Notes under the pieces: model-generated | The model's input: the letters and a program-made list of their open reading frames with translations, nothing else | Told to the model about the DNA's origin: nothing | Database searches by the model: none | Position numbers and translations under genes: made by a program | Shown: piece by piece, positions 39,252 to 55,538 of the stretch | Position numbering within the stretch: the stretch's first letter is position 1 | How the letters are laid out: the number at the start of each line of letters is the position of its first letter | Source of the DNA: Eledone cirrhosa | Taxonomy: Eukaryota | NCBI GenBank assembly: GCA_964016885.1 | Contig: OZ024741.1 | Location: 408,270,001-408,334,000, forward strand | Direction: 5' to 3' | DNA length: 64,000 nucleotides

Positions 39252-39544
39252 CGTAACATTAAATAATGGTAGTGTATGCTATGTTTGAACACATCGATGA
39301 GACTGGATCACAGCAGATGTGCTCACAGTGAGACTTTAACCAATATTTCATCACTACCATCTCAATAGAAATGAAATATACCTTTCAATTTACGACAAAT
39401 TAAATATAGATATGAATGTATATATATATATATGTGTTTATATATATATTTATTAAAATAGCAGATTAAAGTTTAAGCAAAGAATCGCCGCTTTCACCCT
39501 TAACGGGATCTTCTGAAACTCTTAGTCTTCAAATTTATTATTAT

Positions 39545-39605
<61 letters not shown>

Positions 39606-40164
39606 AACATATATATATATATATAAATATATACATTCATATCTATATTTAATTTATCGTAAATTGAAAGGTATATTTCATTTCTATTGAGATGGTAGTG
39701 ATGAAATATTGGTTAAAGTCTCATTGTGAGCACATCTGCTGTGATCCAGTCTCATCGATGTGTTCAAACATAGCATACACTACCATTATTTAATGTTACG
39801 GTTTTACAGCTTCTTAAAATAGTTAGATACGGCGGTGAATTGGCCGTGTCGTTAGAACGTCCGATAGAAAGCGTTGTTATTCGTTTCGGCTAACTGTTAC
39901 CTCAGTTCAAATCCCAACGAAGTCGATTTTACCTTTCATATATTCAACATTGATAAAAGAAGTATCAGTCTAGTAAAGGGATCGATTCTTCCTCTGTGAT
40001 TCTTTCTCACTCCCATCCTCTCACTCTCTATCCTTCTCTTGAAGAAATCTGCTGTATTTACACCTGGAGAGGAGACGGGCTTCGCCAGGTGTGAAAATGC
40101 TTCTACAACTCCCTCTGTAATTACGGGACCATACATACCATACATACAAATTAGTTCGAAGCGG

Positions 40165-40615
40165 CCTTCTTCTTCTTATTATTATTGTTTTCTTCTTCTT
40201 CCTTCTCCTCCTCCTTCTTTCTTCTTTAGCTACTTATTCCTGGAAGGATCCTGGAGGCAAAATTCTCAGACCTCCCATTCAGAGGGTTCTATCACGATTA
40301 ACCGTCTCCAATTGATCCGGCTGGATCTCCAAGTGAGACCAACCAAGCTCATGGATGTTATCTAATCATGTTGTTCGTGACATATCCGTGGGTTTGTTGC
40401 AGGTTAGCTTTGCCCATAGAATATGTCCACCGATTCTTTTCTGAGACATTCTAACCCCTTGCCCGTGTTATCCGAGCTGTGGTAGTCTCTCGATTCGGTG
40501 AAGTAGCGTCTCTGCGTGGAGTGACACTCTGATCATCGAGCTACACACTCTATCGAGTGATGTTACTCCAAAGACTCTTCGGCTGAGCCCCCATTTCATC
40601 CCCTGTATAGGCAAC
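40165..40615 (-). mobile_element. Decayed RTE fragment related to 45598-46335
   Basis: Similar to 45600-46150 (CTGAGACATTCTAACC, TGGAGTGACACTCT). Degenerate (TCT)n tail. Confidence 0.65.
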
Positions 40616-41444
40616 CCCCTTACTTAAATATTGCCGAGCCATCCAAGCCTTTAATCAATAAATATCTCAATAGCACATGAGAAAAATTATTGACTTAACC
40701 AAGGGGAGATTCAAATCTTATCTGCCACAAGTCACGTTTCAGGGGGGATATTTCGTTTCAGCCAATAATTGTTACAGTCTGAGAAGGCGAGAAACTTCTT
40801 GTTGTCTATACTGCAGCCACCATATTTAGAATGAAGTTATTAAATAATCATATTACCAAGATTACTAAAGATGGAATGTTATTGCTTTCAGTGAAGTTTA
40901 ATGTTTATTTTTCGTCTGGTCGATCTGATATATTCTCTTTTTAGTATTGTTTATCTTCTCCCCTTTGCTGTCTCTGTTTATATTCCCCTTCTTACCATAT
41001 TGCTTTTCTATACTTTATTGTTTTCTCTATGGTGTTTTCGTTATTTAATTTCTGTGTTTACGTCTGTTCCACTTGATATCTGGCTGACATACCAGAGTTG
41101 GTAGAATGTCTTTCACATTTCACAAACATCCCAGCTAATACAAGCTGCAACTACGCAAGTTGTTTGGCAGGAAACTTCTAATTCCTTTCATATTATGTAT
41201 GGATTTGAAATAAAACGATCAATGAACACAAATAGTAAGTTTAACTTAAATATTTGCAGTTTTGTAAATTGTTCAGTGGATGATAGTAATATTATATTTA
41301 CAAATATCTGAATAAAAACTATTCGTTTGCATTTCACTAGTTTCACAGAGACATAACGAAGAATATGCTGTGAATCTGGCATGGGAGTCACTAATGATCA
41401 ATAATCGATAATAGAACTACTTATAAATAACAAAGCCCATCAAT

Positions 41445-41845
41445 TATATCACCCCCACCCTTACGGAGGTGTGACATGGGCACTCAACACCAACCCTCAT
41501 GCAGAGACTCTTGCAGTGGTTCAACGTAAAATGGAAGGAATAATGGTCGGTATCACCATACATGACAGGATGAGTAACACCTAGATTTGACGACAGACTG
41601 GAGTGAAGGACATATTTGAGAATAACAAGAAGGACAAACATAGATGGGCTGGACATGTCTCTCATTTCAGAGACAAACATTGGATTATTAGAATGATAGG
41701 TGGACACCAAAGAGACGGAGAAGAACCAGAGGGCAGCCAAAGGTCAGGTGGCACAAGGATCTGACCCGATACCTCGGCTCCACATGGTGCAATATGGCGA
41801 GTGATAGGAAGCGTTAGAGGTGAAGCAGAGAAGGGTTTCCCTAAC
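41445..41845 (+). mobile_element. Decayed RTE-like LINE 3' fragment
   Basis: Frameshifted peptides PTLT..TWAL, VVQRKME.IMVGITIHDR, QTGVKDI, RWAGHVS. Confidence 0.65.
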
Positions 41846-42269
41846 ATGAGTGGGAAGGGCATGAATTTGGATTTAGATTTGACTTCTGTATAGGAGCGTG
41901 AGACTGTGCTGTCTATGAATGATGGACCTCCATCGATGGTAACGATGAGAAAGTAGTCAGTCGATTAAACAACTGATATTTTACACGAGAAATTAACATA
42001 TAAGCGGTGGAGTATTCCACAGACACGTGTTCCCTTGACGTAATTCTCAGACTAAATCAACATGACACAATATGGAAAGGGTTGATCTTTCAATGACATA
42101 CCTTATATAGAGAGAAAGAGAATGACAGACAGGGAGACAGGCAGGCTGACAGACAGAGAGAAATGCAGAAGGGGATAGAGAAACAAGAGTCTATCTGATG
42201 ATTGGAACTTTTGTTATTGACACAGATAAAATGAAAGAAATTTTAATCTCGCCTGATTTTAACCTCTGT

Positions 42270-42690
42270 GAGCCTAGAGCCGGGCTTAATCTGAATCTAA
42301 CGGTTTTGCCAAATCACAGCCGTTTGTCTAAGTAAAACATGTTACAACTACTTAGTCCACATGACTGTAGTTAGGTAAGACGGGAGCCAGGAGACAGAAT
42401 TAAGCTGAATCTAACGGTTTTGCCGAATCTCCACTGTATCTCTGAGTAAAACACGTGACAACAGCTCAGTCCACTAAGCTTTAGGTGGGTGACATAAGAG
42501 GCAAGAGCAATAATTAATCTAAATCTAACAATTTTGCCGAATCTCCATGTCTCTGTGTAAAACACTTTACAATTGTTCATTCCACGTAGCTGTAGATGGG
42601 TGACATAGGAGCCTAGACCCAGAATGAATCTAAATCTTACAATTTTGCTAAACCACCGTTGCTCAGTCCACGTAACTGTTGTTGGATAAC
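42270..42690. repeat. Diverged 111-114-bp tandem repeat, about 3.7 units
   Basis: Anchor (G/A)AATCT(A/T)AC..TTTTGC at 42293, 42407, 42521 and 42632. Confidence 0.8.
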
Positions 42691-43209
42691 ACATACTATG
42701 AGCCAGTATCACGGAATAGAATTCCTTGCCAATCTAAATAACAACAGTACTATACAATAAACTATAGCGAGGTTGAACTGGCCATTCGAAAGGTACCCGG
42801 TATTGTTTCCTCAATATCTATGTATGTGTATGAATTAAGATTAGATAAGCAATTCATTAGATATATTGATAATGTAGGTAATGTACATATTGATTAGAGA
42901 GAATGCTGCTAGGACAGTTTCAACGAAACGAATGTATAATCGATTAAATCTCTTCCACTATATTAATACTACTTATTTTATCGATTCTGTTAGCGATAAA
43001 AGGCAAACCTGACACATACATATTTTTGTATAGAATATGTGCAAAACTTGATATCTTCTAGGGACAACTGACTCAGGTAGTATGTGAACGTTTGAATATA
43101 GCGACTAGAACAACACTAAATACTATAAATGTAGATAGATTTTTGTGTCTAGCAACACTCTACATTATGTCTAGAGATGTTAGTGTGAGACCTATGATAA
43201 TTGGAACTT

Positions 43210-43988
43210 AGTGGATTGGCAGTATCAGTAGAAGGTCGAACAGGATTCATGGCATATAGTTACGGCCATTTACGTAAGCTCTTTATGCAAGCCCTTTACT
43301 CAAAGCTTTGCCTTTCATCCTCATAGGATCGATAAAATAAGCTATCAGTAATGCAGCAGAGTCGATTTAATCGACTTTCTCCTCCCCTTTAAATTGCTGG
43401 CCTAAGGTAGAAACATTATTTTGATAAGGCGGTGGATTGGCAGAAGGTAGAAGGTCGGAGCCATGCTTTGACGCATAGAGTTATGGCCCTAGCCATTCTG
43501 TGTTCAAATCCCGCCGAGGTTAACTTTCCCTTTCATCCTTACAGGGTCGACAAAATAAAGTACCAGTAATACACTGAGTAATTGCTGGTCTTGTGCCAAA
43601 AGTAGAAACAATTATTTTGATAATTGCGTCATTTTAGAGATATCACGTCAACCTGTGTGATTGTACAATGCTGAGTGATTTTAGATGAATTTCCGCCCAG
43701 TTTCTTGTAGGTAAAAACCAAGCTTGTACAGACCCCCCACCCCAGCCTGGTTGGCTTTATATACGTGGGTATAGAATTTGGTAGGTGGTAAATTTTGATA
43801 ATGATTGTTTCTACTTTTGGCACAAGGCCAGCAATTACCCCAGTCCATTATTGATACTTTATTTTATCGACGCCGTAAGGATGAATGGCAAAGTTAACCT
43901 CGGCGGGATGTGAATTCAGAACGTAAACAGTCATAATGCTATGCTGCAAAGCATGGCGTCTGACGCTCCACCGATGCTGCCAATACGG
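43210..43988. mobile_element. SINE cluster: two plus copies (43210-43615) and one minus copy (43803-43988)
   Basis: Head, B box and core in both orientations. Confidence 0.8.
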
Positions 43989-44074
43989 TGTCTAGGCGTT
44001 AAGAGAATATGAGTTAAATGTCAATTTTATTGGGACAAGGAAAATTATATTCCTAAAATATATATTCGTAACAG

Positions 44075-44160
44075 ATCAGTGTTTCGGCTCAGAAACACCA
44101 TGGAACAACTACAGTGGATATGCAAGAGAAGCTTAAGTCCTTCACAGCCAAATATTATAT
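44075..44160 (+). other. Possible 86-nt host exon
   Basis: AACAG| acceptor and |GTAAGT donor; two open frames; non-repetitive context. Weak polypyrimidine tract and no recognisable protein. Confidence 0.25.
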
Positions 44161-44532
44161 GTAAGTGAATTTTATATTCTATATTTCCCTGCTTTATGTG
44201 GATTGAAATTGAATTCAAATTCAGTTGCAGTGATGTTGATTTTTTATTTCATTTTATTTCCTTCTTACTCACATTTTGGCTACATTTCTATTTGTTTTAG
44301 ACACGAAAATAAATTGTATTGCTTATTTAAAAAGAATCTGATGAATATATTTTTAGTAGCCTAACGTCTAGTTTTATCCCAGCAAGAGAGAATAAGGCTG
44401 TTGCTTATTTAAAAAGCAACTGATGGAAATGTTCTTAGTAGCCCAACGACGCGATTTCTCCCAGTATAAGAAAATAAGGTTATTGTGTATTTAAAAAAGC
44501 GACCGCTCGATATGTTTTAGTAGCCCAACAAG

Positions 44533-44718
44533 GGGTGGATTGGCAGCATCGGTAGGGAGTCGGAGGCCATGCTTTCCAGCATAGTTACGTCCCTTTACGG
44601 TCTGAGTTCAAATCTCGTCGAGGTTAACTTTGCCTTTCACACTTACGAGGTCAATAAAATAAAGTACCAGTAATTCACTGGTTAATTGCTGGCCTTGTCT
44701 CAAAAGTAGAAACAATGA
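44533..44718 (+). mobile_element. SINE inserted in a ~70-bp degenerate tandem repeat (44325-44765)
   Basis: Full copy flanked by TAGTAGCC(C/G)AAC. Confidence 0.78.
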
Positions 44719-45240
44719 TTTAGTAGCCGAACGACGAAATTTTTTCCATAATAAGAGAATAAGGAATAATTAGTATGTAGTAGAACGGCTTGTTGATTCG
44801 TGGGAAAACAAATTGAAATTTCTAGCGTCTATTTAAAAATCTTATTATCAGAATACTGTTATGTCGCTATAGTGACGTAATTGTATGTTGTTATGACATT
44901 TAAGGGAGAGAAAATCTGAATAAACAAGGAAATATTTCACTTTGATTAATTATGACACAGATACAATGGCCTGTCAGTTGAGAGAATGGAAAAAACTAAC
45001 GAACATGTCAACTGTCTCTGTCACTGATTTCATGTCATATTCTTCTATTATGGATGTACTGAACTGATTGCAAATGTCGTATAATATAAAGATATATTTG
45101 TGTTGATCAAATAATTTAACAATAACCTTAATACCATGACACGAATTGTGGGAGTCACATTACTTTACAAGCAATCTGTCACCACACATTAAAATAATTG
45201 GCTTTTTAAAAAATCGATAGAGCATCGAACCCCCCCCCCC

Positions 45241-45331
<91 letters not shown>

Positions 45332-45559
45332 GTGTGTGTGTGTCTGTGTGGGTTCCGATGCTCTATCGATTTTTATATATATATATATATATGATCTGAG
45401 TGATACGCCGAGATAACTTTGCCTTTCATCCTTACAAGGTCGATAAAATAAAGTACCAGTGATGCACTGAAGTAATCGGTGGCCTTGTGCTAATAGTAGA
45501 AACTATATATACCGAGAACAATTGTGTTACCTTGTGCGGAACTTCAGCTCGGACTCGAC

Positions 45560-45590
<31 letters not shown>

Positions 45591-45597
45591 ATATATA

Positions 45598-46335
45598 TCT
45601 TCTTCTTCGCCCCTTTATCCTGAGAGGGTCCTAGTGGCAGAGTCCTCAAACACTCCCTCCAATGGGTCCTGTCAGAAGCAACCGTTTCCAACTGACCCGG
45701 CTGGATTTCCAAACGAGACCAGCCAAGCTCGTGAATGTTATCCAACCATCTTGCTCAGGGTCTAACTCTGGTTTTCCTGCTGGTTGGTTTTACCAGTAAA
45801 ATCTGTCCTCCAGTGATTCTTTCCTGAGACATTCTAATCACATGCCCATAGTATCGGAGCTGTGATCTCTCAATTCGGAGAAGTAACAGCTCTACCTGGA
45901 GTGACTCTCTGACCTCCTGAGACATTCTAACCACATGCCCATAGTATCGGAGCTGTGATCTCTCAATTCGGAGAAGTAACAGCTCTACCTGGAGTGACTC
46001 TCTGACCTCCTGAGACATTCTAACCACATGCCCATAGTATCGGAGCTGTGATCTCTCAATTCGGAGAAGTAACAGCTCTACCTGGCGTGACACCTACGCC
46101 ATCTATCAAGTAACGTTACTCCAAAGGCCTTTCGGAGGAACCTCATTTCAGCCGGTTGTATTCGCGATCGTATTCTTTTGGTCATTACCCAAGATTGATG
46201 ACAATAGGGAAGGGTTGGTACGAATACCGTATTGGAGACAGCGAGTTTGGCTTTTACAGCTACCTCCCTTCTTCTAATTACCTTCTTCAACATTCGGTAA
46301 TCCACCTTCTCCTCCGCTCACAATTACTGGCCCTG
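45598..46335 (-). mobile_element. 5'-truncated RTE LINE with an internal 93-bp triplication
   Basis: VFVPTLPY..SWVMT...IQPAEMRFLR...; (QVELLLLRIERSQLRYYGHVVRMSQE)x3; (GAA)n tail. Confidence 0.88.
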
Positions 46336-46345
46336 TATCTAAATC

Positions 46346-46431
<86 letters not shown>

Positions 46432-46434
<3 letters not shown>

Positions 46435-49400
46435 ATTAATAAATGGAAACTATATTTATAAAACCATATTTATTTTATTATATATATATTTCAAGGGTAC
46501 CAACATTTTGGTACGCCCTGATCAGATAAAATACAAAAATTGTTTTATAAATAGTGACATATCCCAGAAACAAGACCTTATCGGTTCAGGTTCCGTTTGG
46601 ATAGTGAAAAGAAAAAAGAAAAAAGAAAAAAGAAAAAGAAAAAAGAAAAAAGAAAAAAGAAAAAAGAAAAAAGAAAAAAGAAAAAAGAAAAAAGAAAAAA
46701 GAAAAAAGAAAAAAGAAAAAAGAAAAAAGAAAAAAGAAAAAAGAAAAAGTTTCAAATCTTTAGTATGGATATGTAAATGAAGTAGAAACGTAGACTGAAA
46801 AAGTCGTTATATTTAGGTAAATTTAAATAATTATTAGGAAGAAGAAAGAAGAAAGTAAATTTTAAAATTAAAAATGTGTTGAAGTGGTAGAATACTAATC
46901 TTAATATTTAAAATATATAACCAAATCATGAGTTATAATATTATATAGATAATCCTTATAATTAGATTTTATAAAGAATTAATGTTGTAATAGACTTAAG
47001 CTTATTATATTACAACAGGTCATTTATATAAATATTTATATTTATATAAATAAATAAAAATATAAATATAAATATTATTGGTGATTATATAGTTGTTATT
47101 TTAAGTAGATAAATAATTCAAATATTATTTCATAATTTAAGGGTTACGAAAGATATTGTGTTTACATTCTCAATATATAGTTAAGAAAAAGACGTAGTTC
47201 AAATTTTATTAGAGAAAAACATTTTGTACTTTCAAATAGTTCCATCGAGATAGAAAATTATTAACAAAATTATTATTTATATTAAGAAGAGAGGATGTTC
47301 ATGCGTGCTAAATTTTAAAGGAAAAGATAACTCCAATGTTTCTTAGTTACACTATTTACGTTAGATTTGTCATTTATATTAGAATTTACTTAAAAAAGCG
47401 AAATGTATGTAGAGAAAATTTTATATATTATTTTGTGTATGATTATAAGATATTTTATATTACATGTTTTCAAAGATGAGAATTTCTTTTATATATGTAT
47501 TTAGATATTATTTGAGATATTATCTATATATTCGATTTGGAAGAAAATATTATTACAGGCATCATGAGTGTATTTAGAAACTATGACAAAAAAGGATATA
47601 TTTCAAAATATTAATTAATATATATATATATCAATTAAAAAAACATTAAGAAGAATATCAATTGGAAAAGAATGTCATTTGTAAAAATAATTTGTAAAAA
47701 TATAAAAAAATATAAAAAAATATAAAAAGAAAAATATCATTTAAAAATCACCACTAAACATCGACAGAAGCATATTGAAGACATAAATGTGAACAAGTGA
47801 GATAAAAACTATAGATTAAAAATACTTCGGAAAGTGATTTTTAGCGATGTCTGCAGGAACTGAATATTTCTTCTTTAAGTTGATAGAATTTTAGCAGGTA
47901 AGTATATAAAAAATGTCTTCAATACACAAATGACAGGTTCTTGAGAGAGCCATATTTCGGTATGCGGGTGCTTTCGAAATCGTTCCCCAAGAGATTGAAT
48001 AGTCAATATTATTGTCTTTTAAGTACCAAATTAGATGTGAAAGAGATGTAGAAAATCTTTTATCGGACCTATTAAATGTATGTTTATGATTATACCAGTG
48101 TTCTTTAAATTTTGTAGAAGTGGCTCCTATATAGTTATATATTTTATCTCTAGTTTTTACTGTGCATTTGTATACTAAGTTTTTATCTAGGCAATTATTC
48201 TGTAAAGGGCAATTTGATTCATTTCTACAGTTATATTTTCGAAAGTTAATAGGAACGGTACTATTATTATTAGTAATATTAATATTGTTATCTTGGTTTA
48301 TTTGGTTTAGGTTTAAATTTAAGTTTCTATTATTAATTCTATTTATATTTTGTGCTATGTTCATAGTAGTAGAGTAAGATAGTTTTATAGTATGTCTGTA
48401 GAAAATAGAATGGTATCTATGGGATTTTGGAAAGCATTTATCTAATGCTTTGAAATATAGTTTTGCTACAGGTGTTTTAACCCCTAATGAGAATGGGGGA
48501 GAGCACCAAATAATATTTATAGTTCTAGTTCTTTTGCTTGATTTACTATTTAAGTTAAAATGTTTATTATTAAAGTGAATTTTAGAAAGAATTTGCATGT
48601 TATTGTTATCTAAGTATTTAATTTTATTCATGCAACCAGCTGTATGTAAAGCATCATTGTAATATTCTGCCTTATTATCAAAAATATTTTTATTAGCTGA
48701 AATGCGTGAAATTCTTTGCTGGACACTATTGAGAATAGTATTTTTTATATTTCTAGGATGGTTAGAATTGAAGCTTACGTAGTTTAGGTTTTCATTAATG
48801 TTATGGAAAGGATAATATAGACATGAGCTAAGGTTTAAAGTTACATCTAAGAAGTTAACAGTTTTATTATTTTCAATTTCTAAATTAAGGTTGTAGTTAT
48901 TGAAAAATTCTATGATAGATTTCTTTTTCCTATTAAGTTCACTATTGCTATGGTTTCGATTAAAAGTAACATATCGTCGCGATATAAACCTCCGGTCATC
49001 TCTGGCATTTTTCTATGTAGTATATTAAGAATAAATAATCCAACGGGGTCTGTTATTTGGGCTGAGTCCGATGATCCCATAGTGATATCAAAATTATTCT
49101 GTCTATCAGCTCTTGTCCAGAGATGATTATTAAATTCGATTAGGGTTTTACGTGCGGTTGGAATGATATTTATTTCATCACGAGACAAGTCTGTATATTT
49201 AGAAGCGTAAGTAAGTGCCTTATTTAGTAAGCTATGGGTAATTGAGGAGTAGTAATTTGCAATATCCATTTGAATAAATGTTTTCTTATGCTTTAATTTA
49301 ATGTCTGCAAACCAATCTATTACTTCATTTGTACGTTCCATAGTTTAAGATGCGATTTTAGCTTAAATACTGGTATAATCCTATCTAGTATATGTTTGCT

Positions 49401-49530
49401 AATTATGCCTAAGTCAGATTTAGATGGTGCGATGAGTCTGATTGGTAGTTCAACTTCAAAATATGTGTGGTCCTTCTTATTAATCTTCGGTTTTCTAGGT
49501 ATAAAAGGTTCTGTCTTATTTTGAATGCCT
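46432..49530 (-). mobile_element. Decayed, 5'-truncated Hydra-like PLE (RT + GIY-YIG pseudogene about 47841-49530; family A hammerhead near the 3' end)
   Basis: Frameshifted ORFs 48910-49341 (QMDIANYYSSIT, FDITMGSSDSAQ, GLYRDDML) and 47891-48631 (YNCRNESNCPL, NLVY...YIGAT, CHLC), ending EIFSSCRHR* at 47841. The minus strand at ~46470-46532 reads TATTTTAT-CTGATCA-...-GAAA-TATATATATA-ATAAAATA (core mutated). Confidence 0.9.
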
Positions 49531-49537
49531 TATATAT

Positions 49538-53465
<3,928 letters not shown>

Positions 53466-53484
53466 ATATTATATATTTATATAT

Positions 53485-53519
<35 letters not shown>

Positions 53520-53572
53520 ATATATATATATATTTTTATATATATAATATATATATATTATATTTTATATAT

Positions 53573-53620
<48 letters not shown>

Positions 53621-53778
53621 TATATATATATATTATATATTATATATAATATATATAATATATATATATTATATATTATATATATATATTATATATTATA
53701 TATAATATATATAATATATATATATATTATATATATATATTATATATATATATTATATTATATATATTATATATATTA

Positions 53779-53844
<66 letters not shown>

Positions 53845-53846
<2 letters not shown>

Positions 53847-54338
53847 CGTTTCTCTATTTGTTTAGCAAGATTCTTTATCTGAAAACTTGTGTTGAAACCG
53901 ATATTGTTATGCTTTGGGGAGTGTGATGTTGCCAATAAGAAACACACGCACCAGTAGCTTTCATTCCTACTTATTATAAATTAAATTGATACATTTATGA
54001 ATTTATAAATTTCCGGTTGGTTGGTTGGTTCCATAACTGGACGGTTGTTCATATATTGTCAAAGTTCTTTCGTCACACATTCTGTGACCTCTTCAGTGAC
54101 TGGGGATTCTTTTCTTTGTTTTTGTGCCTCTCTTTTGTTCTGTCCTACGCCATCTTGTTTTTGCGTGTGTTACGTGCTTAGTTTGCGCATGTGTTACATC
54201 CGGGTGTCTGTGTGTGTTTATATTTCTTTATTAATTTGTTTATTTACATGTTACTGGTTGGTTGTTTGTTCTGCATAACAATATCGGTTTCAACACAAGT
54301 TTTCAGATAAAGAATCTTGCTAAACAAATAGAGAAACG

Positions 54339-54342
<4 letters not shown>
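53845..54342 (-). mobile_element. Non-coding pLTR-only PLE derivative with an inverted terminal segment
   Basis: 53845-54272 is the reverse complement of ~52820-53250. 54273-54342 is an inverted copy of 53845-53912. TA arrays on both sides. Confidence 0.85.
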
Positions 54343-54376
<34 letters not shown>

Positions 54377-54624
54377 TAATATATATAATATATATAATAT
54401 AATATATATATATAATATATAATATATATATATAATATATAATATATATATATATTATATATATTATATATAATATATAATATATATATATAATATATAA
54501 TATATATATATAATATATATATATAATATATATATATATATATAATATATAATATATATATATATTATATATATTATATATAATATATAATATATATATA
54601 TAATATATAATATATATATATAAT

Positions 54625-54688
<64 letters not shown>

Positions 54689-54743
54689 ATATATATATAA
54701 AATATAATATATATATATTATATATATAAATATATATATATAT

Positions 54744-54778
<35 letters not shown>

Positions 54779-54787
54779 ATATATAAT

Positions 54788-54847
<60 letters not shown>

Positions 54848-55293
54848 TATATATATATATATATAATATATATATATTATATATATATATATATATAATA
54901 TATATATATAATATATATATATATAATATATATATATATAATATATATATATATATACAAACATTAATACTAGAGCTAAATAAATAAATAAATAAATAAA
55001 TAAATGTATCAACTGATACTCAACTACCTAGTTTCTCTATCTATCTCTTTCTTTTTTCCTCTCTCTATATATCTCTCTCTGTTTCTTTACATGAATTCTT
55101 CTCTTTATCTATCTTTCTATATCTCTCTATATTTAGTCACATGCATTTCTTCTTTTTCTTCGTTTTTCTTTCTTTCTTTCTCTCTTTCTTTTTACAACTG
55201 TCCACAATATTTTTTACTGCCAAATCAACTTCACAAATGCAAGTCGATTGAAAGGTATGTCGTATCTATTTATTTATAAGACTGTTTATATTG

Positions 55294-55359
55294 TATTTTG
55301 TCTGAAGAAGGCATAAGATATTGTTAATATGATATCCCTGAAATATATATAATGAAATA
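55294..55359 (+). ncRNA. Type I minimal hammerhead ribozyme (5' pLTR), family A
   Basis: Stem I TATTTTGT/ATGAAATA (two G-U pairs), core CTGAAGA, stem II AGG..ATATT-gtt-AATAT..CCT, GAAA, palindromic stem III ATATATAT. Predicted cleavage after 55351. Confidence 0.85.
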
Positions 55360-55538
55360 AATATGGTTTTATAAATATAGTTTCCATTTATTTAATATCA
55401 TAAATATACTCCAAATACTTGTTGAGTGCTTTTATATCAGTTATAAATATTTACTCGTTGTTAACCCAACAATTTAAATATAACTTTCCATGTATCTTGC
55501 TCCAATACTGTTGAGCGCTTTATATTATAACTGAAAAA

